Source: an uncultured Clostridia bacterium (GTDB lineage: Bacteria > Bacillota > Dehalobacteriia > UBA4068). From it: DNA of 64,000 nt. Of this stretch, positions 40,053-48,878 are shown piece after piece; position 1 is the stretch's first letter; each line of letters opens with the position of its first letter. The stretch spans positions 14,300 to 78,299 of the forward strand of contig CALYAP010000066.1 in the NCBI GenBank assembly GCA_944393575.1, in the 5' to 3' direction. Below the pieces are notes generated by a model, which saw nothing but the letters and a program-made list of their open reading frames with translations, was not told the origin of the DNA and did not search any database. Position numbers and translations under genes: made by a program.

Positions 40053-40935
40053 AATTGACCTCCTCTTTTGCAGGACGTTCAAGTAATTCTGGATGTTCTA
40101 AAAGGTATTTGACTAGACGAATGCTTTTAGCATAATAATATCCGTCCGCGATTCTTTCATCAAGAGTGACTCCTAGTTTAACAGTATCGCGCATGGTTAT
40201 ATGTCCTTCATCATCAAACCAGGGACGCATCTTTTTTTCACCAATTACTACAAATAGAGAATTGGTGCCAAAGTTGTTTAGATGATGATATGCAGCATTG
40301 AGTTTGATACTGCCAAGGTTGCTCAAGAAAATGCTCGAGTAATTGGGCTCTTCTTTGACCATTGCATAGGGGACTCTGCCGAAATAATCGAGAAAACGGA
40401 TTAACCCTGCGACAACGCGGAGAAGAAAGCGAGGGATTTTACAAAGAATATTCATTACATCGGTAGAATTATCTGTTTTCCCCTCATTACGGATACCATT
40501 GATTTTTTTATCCATGGCATCGCGTACTGTCTCCAAGGTAGCGTCTTCATCAAAATAGAGCATTAACAAAGACTCTTTACCGTCGTCGGCGAATTTTTTC
40601 TTAGCGACAAAAGCTAGTGACAGGAAACTACGTTGATAGACGCGTCGGCCAGCGATGAAACGATTTAACTTAGGCCGTAGAACCACAGTTTTCAGAATAG
40701 CCGTTGAAATCAACTGGAAAAGCGTATAGCGGAATTCTGGGTTCGACGCGTTTTTGGCGGCTAGATAAGCATCGACAGCTGTAAGATCGATAGTTTCCTC
40801 AATGAATGCTTCAGAATCCGCACGGTTAGTATAAATATACGGAACAAAGGCATGCATCGGATCTAGATCGCGCAGCCAGGTGCCATCCTTTCTGTCGCCA
40901 AAGTGACGATTGGGATTTTTCATGATTTTCTCCAA
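40045..40935 (-). CDS. 2-oxoacid dehydrogenase E2-type acyltransferase catalytic-domain protein (no lipoyl domain), DER variant
   Basis: The C-terminus LGVTLDERIADGYYYAKSIRLVKYLLEHPELL aligns to the E2 motif SxDHRxIDG...LLExP. Confidence 0.55.
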   Translation of the reverse strand: MEKIMKNPNRHFGDRKDGTWLRDLDPMHAFVPYIYTNRADSEAFIEETIDLTAVDAYLAAKNASNPEFRYTLFQLISTAILKTVVLRPKLNRFIAGRRVYQRSFLSLAFVAKKKFADDGKESLLMLYFDEDATLETVRDAMDKKINGIRNEGKTDNSTDVMNILCKIPRFLLRVVAGLIRFLDYFGRVPYAMVKEEPNYSSIFLSNLGSIKLNAAYHHLNNFGTNSLFVVIGEKKMRPWFDDEGHITMRDTVKLGVTLDERIADGYYYAKSIRLVKYLLEHPELLERPAKEEVNYD

Positions 40936-41151
40936 ACTATAATTGCGAATAAATAAAATAATAAAAATGATGATCCACCATGATTTAGACCCTAAAATCC
41001 TAGCCTAAATTCATTCAGAATTATTATACTATCATGCTTGACAATTTTCAACCCTAACCGAATAGTCATTTTATTAAGAATTGCTTAATTTACAGTAATA
41101 ATATATAATAGAAGCAGATATTATGTTGCTTATGCTGATTATTGCCAAAAT

Positions 41152-41712
41152 ATGTTTGATGGCCTGATGAAAATGCGCTTGTTTATTGCCTTGAATTTTT
41201 CACAAGAAAATAAGGATTTGCTAGCTGGTATTACTGCTGATTTGGCCGCGATTTCTTTAACTAGTCGCCCTGTTCATAGAGATAATTATCATTTGACCTT
41301 GGCCTTCATCGGCGAAAGTAATGCTGCCGATCAGCTCAAGTGCTGTATTGATGCTGCAGCTGGCTCTCCGTTTTCCTTGGTTGCCTCGCAGCTAGGGTGT
41401 TTCCATCGTCAGGGCGGAGATATCATTTGGTTGGGGATTAAGCCGGAGCCAGCTTTGTTTCAGCTACAACAAAGACTGGCCGCTAACCTGAAAGAAGCAG
41501 GTTTCGTTTTGGAAAATCGTCCTTTCCGTCCGCATTTGACCTTATTGCGTCAGGCAGTGATGCCCGATGATTTTGATTTCCGCCGTTATACGGTGCAGAT
41601 GCCGGAGTTGCGTCAAATGATAGACCGAATCAGTTTGATGAAATCCGAACGTATAGCTGGCAAACTGATTTATAGTGAGCTCTATGGCAAAGCTCTTGCC
41701 AGTGGGGCTTAA
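41152..41712 (+). CDS. thpR: RNA 2',3'-cyclic phosphodiesterase (2H family, ThpR/LigT)
   Basis: Two H-x-T-x motifs: HLTLAF and HLTLLR. The start is likely the internal MKMRLFIALNF. Confidence 0.8.
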   Translation: MFDGLMKMRLFIALNFSQENKDLLAGITADLAAISLTSRPVHRDNYHLTLAFIGESNAADQLKCCIDAAAGSPFSLVASQLGCFHRQGGDIIWLGIKPEPALFQLQQRLAANLKEAGFVLENRPFRPHLTLLRQAVMPDDFDFRRYTVQMPELRQMIDRISLMKSERIAGKLIYSELYGKALASGA

Positions 41713-41781
41713 GGTTTCGTCAATCTAATGGATTTAAGCTATTAATTTTAATTGACAGATTAGTAAAAATGTTCTTAAGGA

Positions 41782-42300
41782 GTGATAGTGATGGAATTTA
41801 TGGATCTTGCTAAAGCTAGGTTTTCCCTACGTTCTTATTCCGATAGGGATGTTGAACCTGAAAAGCTAACCAAAATTTTAGAGGCAGGGAGGATAGCCCC
41901 TACCGCTAAAAATAATCAACCACAGCGCATTTTTGTGCTTCAGGGTGATAGTATCGCTAAAGCAGTTAAGGCCAGTCGCTGCACCTTTGGTGCTCCAGTG
42001 GTATTGGTAATCTGCTATGACCAAAATGATGCTGCAGTGCTACCGATGAATAGTGTCAACTTTGGTTTTGTCGACGCTTCTATTGTTATCACCCAAATGA
42101 TGTTGCAGGCTACAGAACTTGGCCTGGGCTCTTGCTGGGTAGGTTTATTTGACGAAAAGATCATTAGGGAGACTTTAGATCTGCCGGATAATTATGTTCC
42201 AGTAGCTTTGCTGCCGCTTGGTTATGCTGCAGATGGCGCTACTCCATCGGAGCGGCATCATGAACGGAAACCATTGGCAGAAACTGTCAAATATCTCTAA
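41782..42300 (+). CDS. nitroreductase-family protein
   Basis: FMN-nitroreductase fold motifs RxS..F, P.A.N.QP. Confidence 0.75.
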   Translation: MIVMEFMDLAKARFSLRSYSDRDVEPEKLTKILEAGRIAPTAKNNQPQRIFVLQGDSIAKAVKASRCTFGAPVVLVICYDQNDAAVLPMNSVNFGFVDASIVITQMMLQATELGLGSCWVGLFDEKIIRETLDLPDNYVPVALLPLGYAADGATPSERHHERKPLAETVKYL

Positions 42301-42379
42301 ATAAACATAGCGGATAAACTTATACCTTACTGGGATAAGTTTATCAACATCCAGAGAAATAAGAGGAGGAATTAGCTGT

Positions 42380-42742
42380 ATGGGAAATGATATTCGCAAG
42401 GAATGCCTGTTTTGCCGTATCGCTGACGGAGAAATACCATCTACTATTGTCTGGGAGGATGAAGATCTCGTGGCCTTCAAGGATATCAATCCTGTGGCGC
42501 CAACGCATATTTTGATCATCCCTCGCAAACATCTTGCTGGACTCAATGATATGACTGAGGAAGATATCCCAGTCATTGGCAAAATCAGCTATGTGGCCAG
42601 CTTATTGGCTAAACAACTGGGTATTGCTGATGATGGATGGCGCTTGGTTTCTAATTGTGGCAAAAATTCCGGCCAGGAAGTTCCTCATCTGCACTATCAT
42701 CTGATTGGCGGTAAATTTTTAGGTCCTTTTAGTGATAGATAA
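42380..42742 (+). CDS. HIT-family (histidine triad) protein
   Basis: Histidine triad HLHYHLIGG. Confidence 0.9.
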   Translation: MGNDIRKECLFCRIADGEIPSTIVWEDEDLVAFKDINPVAPTHILIIPRKHLAGLNDMTEEDIPVIGKISYVASLLAKQLGIADDGWRLVSNCGKNSGQEVPHLHYHLIGGKFLGPFSDR

Positions 42743-42883
42743 CTGATCTTGACTCTTCTCCATGGTAATAATGTGAAAATTTGTGATTGACGCTATGGAT
42801 AAAATCAGTTATAATATATCGGTGGCTGCAAAAAATTAGTTTTTTTGCTAGCTGTTACCTACTCCATGGAGGGAGGGATAGTA

Positions 42884-43054
42884 GTGAGTGAGGTTCGTGT
42901 AGGAAAAAATGAGTCTTTGGACAGCGCTCTGCGCCGTTTCAAACGTACCTGCCAGAAATCAGGCGTTATGGCCGAAATTCGTAAGCATGAGCATTATGAA
43001 AAACCCAGCGTCAAAAGAAAGAAAAAGGCTGAGGCAGCCAGAAAGCGTAAATAA
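42884..43054 (+). CDS. rpsU: 30S ribosomal protein S21
   Basis: GTG start with GGAGGGAGGG upstream. Sequence [20 protein letters not shown]. Confidence 0.9.
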   Translation: MSEVRVGKNESLDSALRRFKRTCQKSGVMAEIRKHEHYEKPSVKRKKKAEAARKRK

Positions 43055-43113
43055 ACGCTATTTGGGCATTATTGCTTAGCGAATTATTAAATAATTAATA
43101 AAATGATATTTAA

Positions 43114-43142
43114 AACGAGAGCATTGGCTCTCGTTTTTTTTG
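43114..43142 (+). terminator. rpsU terminator
   Basis: aacgagagc-attg-gctctcgtt-ttttttg. Confidence 0.8.
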
Positions 43143-43317
43143 TTTTCATTATTTTACTACTAGTAATTTATTCAATATTAATAATTCTATTTTAAAGTAA
43201 CATTAAGTTATGGTGAAAAATAAGTGTATTAATTTGGCTTTGATTGTTTTGCTGCTGCTGATATGGTAAAATAAAATTAAAGAAAAAGAGATAAAATGAT
43301 GAAAAGAGGAGTTAGCG

Positions 43318-44124
43318 ATGCGTCTAGGTAAAATGCTTGTTTTCACCGGACTTCTCATAGCGGTAGTTGTTGGTTTATCCCTACCGGCACTGGCTACTTC
43401 TCCGGCTACCATAACCGTTGAAGGTCAGGCGGATATTTGGGATCATTTATTCATTTTTTTGACTAATGATATTGTCAGAACGGTATTGTTGATTATCGGT
43501 ATCGCTGGTGTAGTGATCGAAATCGCTACTGTTGGCAGTTTTGGCGCCTTTGGTACTATTGGCATTATTGCTTTTGTTCTGTATTTTATGGGTAGTATCT
43601 GGGCGGGGAGTCTGGGTATTGGCGCAGTTATACTATTGATTGGAGGTATTGTGTTGTTGCTTTTGGAAGCATTCGTTATCCCTGGATTCGGCGTTGCTGG
43701 CATCGCTGGTATCATTGCTGTCTTAGCCAGCCTGGTGGTAGCCTCCCCTAATCCCGGCACTGCCATTTGGTCAGTGATAATTGCCCTAGCGGTGGCTACG
43801 GTGATCATTGTTTTTACGCTCAAAAACAAAAAGACCAGAAAGTTCTGGCAGAAGTTGATTCTGGATGAAAAGACCGCTAATGATGAAGGATATGTTACTA
43901 ATGATCCTTCCTTGACTCAGTATGAAGGAGCCAAAGGCATTGCGCTGACAGTGCTGCGTCCAGCAGGTACTGCTCTTATCGATGGTTCACGTTTGGACGT
44001 TGTGACTAGTGGAGAATATATTGATGCCGGCGCTACGGTTGAGGTGATTTTGGTGGAAGGGTCGCGGATAGTGGTTCGCGAGAGTAAGAATAGTGATAAA
44101 GATGTGCACGATAATAATGGTTAG
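43318..44124 (+). CDS. NfeD-family membrane protein (short form, C-terminal OB-fold)
   Basis: Multiple G-rich TM helices plus a C-terminal beta domain. Precedes floA, as in the B. subtilis yqeZ-yqfA arrangement. Confidence 0.75.
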   Translation: MRLGKMLVFTGLLIAVVVGLSLPALATSPATITVEGQADIWDHLFIFLTNDIVRTVLLIIGIAGVVIEIATVGSFGAFGTIGIIAFVLYFMGSIWAGSLGIGAVILLIGGIVLLLLEAFVIPGFGVAGIAGIIAVLASLVVASPNPGTAIWSVIIALAVATVIIVFTLKNKKTRKFWQKLILDEKTANDEGYVTNDPSLTQYEGAKGIALTVLRPAGTALIDGSRLDVVTSGEYIDAGATVEVILVEGSRIVVRESKNSDKDVHDNNG

Positions 44125-44179
44125 ACTAAAGACGGCAAGATAAATTTAATGTGGATTGATAAACCATAAGGAGGATTAT

Positions 44180-45214
44180 ATGAATTTCCTAACTGCTTTA
44201 GCTGCTATCGGTGGCGATTCGCTTTTATCGACGATTATTTTGATCGTCATCATTGTCGTTGTTCTGATTGTGATTTTTAGTTTTGTGCCGATCGGTCTGT
44301 GGATCTCAGCTTTAGCTGCCGGAGCCAAAGTGGGGATTTTTGATCTCATTGGTATGCGTCTGCGCCGTGTGGCACCGGCCAAGATTGTCAACCCATTGAT
44401 TAAAGCAGAAAAGGCTGGTCTGGCAGTTCCTGTATCTAAGCTGGAAGCCCATTATCTGGCCGGAGGTAATGTTGACCGTGTTATCGATGCCCTGATCGCG
44501 GCTGAGCGTGCCAATATCCCTTTGACCTTTGAACGAGCAGCTGCTATCGATTTGGCTGGGCGTAATGTTTTGGAAGCAGTGCAGATGAGTGTTAACCCTA
44601 AGGTTATTGAGACCCCTGTTGTGGCGGCGATGGCTATCGATGGTATTGAGCTGCGTGCTAAAGCTAAGGTTACTGTCCGAGCTAATATTGATAGATTAGT
44701 CGGCGGTGCCGGTGAGGAAACGATTATTGCCAGGGTTGGCGAAGGTATCGTCACCACTGTTGGTTCCAGCCAGACCCACAAAGATGTCTTGGAGAACCCT
44801 GACCGAATCAGTAAAACTGTTTTAGGCAAAGGCCTTGATGCTGGTACGGCCTTTGAGATTCTCTCTATCGATATTGCTGATGTGGATGTCGGCCGCAATA
44901 TTGGCGCACAGTTACAGACCGATCAAGCTGAAGCTGATAAGAGAATTGCCCAAGCTAAAGCCGAGGAAAGAAGGGCAATGGCTGTAGCTCGCGAGCAGGA
45001 GATGTTGGCAGCGGTACAAGAAATGCGTGCTAAAGTTGTTGAGGCTGAAGCAGAGGTGCCTAAGGCCATGGCAGAAGCTTTTCGTAATGGCAATTTGGGG
45101 GTAATGGATTATTATAACATGATGAATGTTGCCTCTGATACCAAGATGAGAGAGAGTATTTCCGATCTGGGAACTCCTTCTGCAGCTAAAGATAATCCAG
45201 ATCAGCATAAATAA
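44180..45214 (+). CDS. floA: flotillin-like protein FloA (SPFH domain, UPF0365/YqfA)
   Basis: ATG at 44180 with AAGGAGG upstream. TM helix, SPFH domain, C-terminal EA-rich coiled coil. Confidence 0.9.
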   Translation: MNFLTALAAIGGDSLLSTIILIVIIVVVLIVIFSFVPIGLWISALAAGAKVGIFDLIGMRLRRVAPAKIVNPLIKAEKAGLAVPVSKLEAHYLAGGNVDRVIDALIAAERANIPLTFERAAAIDLAGRNVLEAVQMSVNPKVIETPVVAAMAIDGIELRAKAKVTVRANIDRLVGGAGEETIIARVGEGIVTTVGSSQTHKDVLENPDRISKTVLGKGLDAGTAFEILSIDIADVDVGRNIGAQLQTDQAEADKRIAQAKAEERRAMAVAREQEMLAAVQEMRAKVVEAEAEVPKAMAEAFRNGNLGVMDYYNMMNVASDTKMRESISDLGTPSAAKDNPDQHK

Positions 45215-45264
45215 TCTTTTGCTGTGATGAAGATATGCTTTCCTGCAACAATTGAGGTGATTTA

Positions 45265-45852
45265 ATGGAAGCCATAATTGTTTTTATCATCTTTATCTTT
45301 ATTGGCTTGGTAGTCAATGGCGTTCGTGGTGGCGCTAAAGGCAGCCGAAAACGTCAGGAGGCGGTGGAGGAGCAACGCCGCCGTCGTGCTGCCTATGAGG
45401 CTGAGCATGGCAAAATGACGCCCACTCATCAGCAAAAAAGAGTGCCGCATGATTATCATCAAGAACATCCATATGTCCCTGTAGAGGAGAATCGTCCCAT
45501 GGCGGGCGCTCCTATAGAAGAGAAACGGCCCAAGCCTGTTTTGGGGCACCAACAAAGCTCTTCTTCGCAGTATCCCCTATATCAGCAGGAGCATAAGGAA
45601 GATCAACCGGCTGAGACAATTGGTGCTATTCCTGAACGCTATCGCAATCCAGTTGCCTCCTCGGTGTCCGCCCCGCCTATAGCTCAAAGCAATATGCTCA
45701 TTCGCCGGCCAGTGAGTATAGAGTCTGCTCTGCAGCCTGTGACTGGACAATGGGTTAATAGTATAGATGAGCTAAGACGGGGGATCGTGATGGCGGAGAT
45801 TTTAGGGCCATGCCGTGCTAAAAGCGGTCCTGTTTTTAGAAGAATAAGATAG
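45265..45852 (+). CDS. hypothetical membrane-anchored protein with Q/H/P-rich low-complexity linker (YqfB-position)
   Basis: N-terminal TM helix, basic segment, low-complexity middle, conserved-looking C-terminal approximately 40 aa. Confidence 0.4.
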   Translation: MEAIIVFIIFIFIGLVVNGVRGGAKGSRKRQEAVEEQRRRRAAYEAEHGKMTPTHQQKRVPHDYHQEHPYVPVEENRPMAGAPIEEKRPKPVLGHQQSSSSQYPLYQQEHKEDQPAETIGAIPERYRNPVASSVSAPPIAQSNMLIRRPVSIESALQPVTGQWVNSIDELRRGIVMAEILGPCRAKSGPVFRRIR

Positions 45853-45883
45853 TTTGCAATAGTTAATAACATGGAGGAGTGCC

Positions 45884-46258
45884 ATGAAAAAACAAATAAT
45901 TACCAATCAGGCGCCAGCAGCGATTGGCCCTTATTCCCAGGCAGTGCGGTGTGGCAATTTGCTTTTTACCAGCGGAGCTATTCCTTTTGACGCTGATGGC
46001 AATTGCAGCAGTGACATTGCTCAACAAACCAGGCAATGCTTAAAAAATGTTAAAGCTATCTTGGCTGCTGCTGGTGCGCAGATGGCTGATGTGGTGAAAG
46101 TAACTTGCTTTATCGCAGATATGGAACAATTTGCTACTATCAACCAGGTTTATAGTGAATTTTTTGCTGAACCATATCCTGCTCGTAGCTGTGTAGAGGT
46201 ATCTCGTTTGCCTAAGGATGTTGGCGTCGAGATTGAGGCTATTGCCATAATCAAATAG
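45884..46258 (+). CDS. ridA: RidA-family reactive enamine/imine deaminase
   Basis: YjgF/TdcF-family fold. Confidence 0.9.
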   Translation: MKKQIITNQAPAAIGPYSQAVRCGNLLFTSGAIPFDADGNCSSDIAQQTRQCLKNVKAILAAAGAQMADVVKVTCFIADMEQFATINQVYSEFFAEPYPARSCVEVSRLPKDVGVEIEAIAIIK

Positions 46259-46280
46259 ATTTCAGCTAACCGTAGCTCAT

Positions 46281-46324
46281 AAAAAAAATCCCTCTTCATA
46301 TCATTTATGGAGGAGGGATTTTTT
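46281..46324 (+). terminator. ridA terminator hairpin overlapping the yqfC ribosome-binding site
   Basis: aaaaaaa-atccctcttc-N12-gaggagggat-tttt. ATG of yqfC at 46325. Confidence 0.55.
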
Positions 46325-46612
46325 ATGGGCAAGAGTAGGATTGTCGATATCGCAACAGCCGGTCTAGAATTGCCGCCGGATCTATTGAGTGGGGCAGCCA
46401 GGATCACCCTCTTGGGGCGGGAGTTGCTTAAAGTCATCAATCATCGTGGTATTGTAATTTATGAGCCGGAACAGATCATTTTGCGTATTAGCGAAGGACG
46501 TTTATTAATTTATGGCAAGAAGTTAGCAATGTCAGAACTTAATGATGAGCAGATGATTGTTGAAGGCTATGTAGATAGTATTGCCTTTGAGGAGGAAAAC
46601 GATGAAGACTGA
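46325..46612 (+). CDS. yqfC: sporulation protein YqfC
   Basis: Motifs LELPPDLLSGAARITLLG...NHRGIVIYEPEQI. GGAGGAGGG upstream. Confidence 0.85.
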   Translation: MGKSRIVDIATAGLELPPDLLSGAARITLLGRELLKVINHRGIVIYEPEQIILRISEGRLLIYGKKLAMSELNDEQMIVEGYVDSIAFEEENDED

Positions 46613-47822
46613 ACTGCCGGTCTTTTTTCATGGAGCAGTTGATATCGAGATCAAAGGGCGCTTTAGTGAAAGATTTCTTAATCTGGCCTTTCAAGAAGGT
46701 ATTGATCTGCGCGGTATCGAGTACCAAGGCGAAAAGATTTTGGCTCGGGTGCCGCTAAAAGATATGTCCAAGTTGAGAATTATCGCCCGCAATTCTCGCT
46801 GTTCTTTCCATATCCGTGGACGTTTTGGCCTTCCTTTTATTGTTGCTTTTTTGCGCAGTAGACCGCTTTTGCCCATTATGGCTGCCATAGCTATTTTTTT
46901 GTTTATGTTTATCTCCTCGTTCACTTTTACGTTGGAAGTTGTTGGTCCTTATCCCGTCTCAGAAGAAGATCAGGCTAAGGTGCTTGCTTTGGCTGCTGAG
47001 GCTGGTATCGAACCTGGTCATAGTCGCTGGGGTGTTGATATGGACGAGGCGGAAAAACATATTCTCTTAGGATTTAGCGAGCTGGTCTTTGCCCAGGTGA
47101 TCCAAGACGGCGTTCATGTGCAGATCAATGTGGTGCGTAGGGTAGATGTTTCTCCAGCAGATCAACCAAAAGAGCCGGGGCATCTGGTGGCGGATTTTGA
47201 CGGTATTATTGAAGATATTTTGGTTCGCCGCGGTACGGCGGCAGTCAGTTCAGGCGATGCTGTTTGTAAGGGCGATATCCTTATTTATGGTTGGCAAGGT
47301 GATCAGGCTTTAGCAGCTGATGGTATCGTTACTGCTAAAGTTTGGGGTGAGGGATATGGTGAATGCGCCCTTAGGGAGGAATGGACCGAGCCTTCTGGTA
47401 ACGAAGTGATATCCATAGGATTAAAAGTAGATGATGGTTCCTTCCTTCATTTGGCAGGGGCTCAAGAAAGCCCATATGAGAATTACTCTGTCAGTGAAGA
47501 GACTGAGAGCATGTTAACTTGGAGGAAAACATGGCCAACTGTCGAAATAGTAGTCAGGAATATCAGCGAATTAGTGACTATCGTAAATGAATATAGTGCT
47601 GAGGAATCCCAGATAATAGCAAGGGAAAGAGCCGAAGAAAACGCTTACGCAAATCTTTTGCAGTTGTTAGGCAAAGATGAGGATGCGGAAATAACGATTA
47701 TTGATAAAGAAATTGAGGATATTGATCTTGATGGTGATCCCTCTCGGGCTCATGTTGTCTTAGAGACACAAATGGAGATAGGCGTTTATAGTCCTTTGAC
47801 TGAAGAGGAACTATCTTTATAG
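46602..47822 (+). CDS. yqfD: sporulation protein YqfD
   Basis: ATG at 46602 after GGAGGA, overlapping the yqfC end. Confidence 0.85.
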   Translation: MKTELPVFFHGAVDIEIKGRFSERFLNLAFQEGIDLRGIEYQGEKILARVPLKDMSKLRIIARNSRCSFHIRGRFGLPFIVAFLRSRPLLPIMAAIAIFLFMFISSFTFTLEVVGPYPVSEEDQAKVLALAAEAGIEPGHSRWGVDMDEAEKHILLGFSELVFAQVIQDGVHVQINVVRRVDVSPADQPKEPGHLVADFDGIIEDILVRRGTAAVSSGDAVCKGDILIYGWQGDQALAADGIVTAKVWGEGYGECALREEWTEPSGNEVISIGLKVDDGSFLHLAGAQESPYENYSVSEETESMLTWRKTWPTVEIVVRNISELVTIVNEYSAEESQIIARERAEENAYANLLQLLGKDEDAEITIIDKEIEDIDLDGDPSRAHVVLETQMEIGVYSPLTEEELSL

Positions 47823-47868
47823 ACGACTAGTATTTAGATTGACCTTTATATAATATGGCAAATGGTTG

Positions 47869-48831
47869 ATGGAGGTAAAACTTTTGGCGGAAACAAAAAT
47901 TGTCTTTGCTGATAATGGACAGGCTGCAGAGATACTAGGCTATCAGGATAAATATTTAAGATTAATCGAGAATGCTCTTAAAGTCCACTTGATTGCCAGA
48001 GGCGATGAACTGACTATTAGCGGTGATGATGATAGGGTAGCAGCAGCACAGAAAGTTTTCAAACATTTGCAGACTTTGGCTGCTGATGGGATAGCCATCT
48101 CTCCTTTGACAGTCAACTATGCACTGGCAGCGTTAAAAGATGATAATACCGATATTGCTTCTTTGTTGACCCATACTATATATACTACGCCAAGAGGTAA
48201 AACCATTAAACCCAAAAGCTTTGGTCAATGGCAATACTTGAAAGCTATCGATGAACATGATATTGTATTTGCTATTGGACCGGCTGGCACCGGAAAAACC
48301 TTCTTGGCTGTGCTCAAGGCGGTTACTGCTTTGAAAAAACGCCAGGTTGCCCGCTTGGTGTTGGCTCGTCCTGCGGTGGAGGCGGGTGAAAAACTTGGCT
48401 TCCTGCCAGGTGATATGCAGGATAAGGTCAATCCTTATCTCCGTCCAGTTTATGACGCACTGGACGAAGCATTAGGTGTTGACCAAGCGCAAAAACTGCT
48501 GGATAGAAATATTATTGAAGTGGTTCCTCTGGCCTATATGCGTGGCCGTACGCTGGATGATGCTTATATCATTCTTGATGAGGCGCAGAACACCACTCCC
48601 CAGCAGATGAAAATGTTTTTGACTCGCATGGGACAGGGGAGCAGAGCGGTTATTACCGGCGATATTACCCAGATCGATTTGCCGGCTGGACAAACCTCCG
48701 GCTTGATTGAGGCTGAACGAAGACTAAGAGATATAGACGGATTAGCTTTTTGTTATTTGACTAAGGTTGATGTAGTCCGGCATCCATTGGTGCAGAAGAT
48801 AATCGAAGCGTATGATAAAAAATGGGTCTGA
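47869..48831 (+). CDS. phoH: PhoH-family ATPase
   Basis: Walker A GPAGTGKT plus a KH-like N-domain. Confidence 0.9.
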   Translation: MEVKLLAETKIVFADNGQAAEILGYQDKYLRLIENALKVHLIARGDELTISGDDDRVAAAQKVFKHLQTLAADGIAISPLTVNYALAALKDDNTDIASLLTHTIYTTPRGKTIKPKSFGQWQYLKAIDEHDIVFAIGPAGTGKTFLAVLKAVTALKKRQVARLVLARPAVEAGEKLGFLPGDMQDKVNPYLRPVYDALDEALGVDQAQKLLDRNIIEVVPLAYMRGRTLDDAYIILDEAQNTTPQQMKMFLTRMGQGSRAVITGDITQIDLPAGQTSGLIEAERRLRDIDGLAFCYLTKVDVVRHPLVQKIIEAYDKKWV

Positions 48832-48878
48832 TAGCTGTTGTTTGGCTATTTGACCCACCTAAAAATTAAGGAGTTTTT

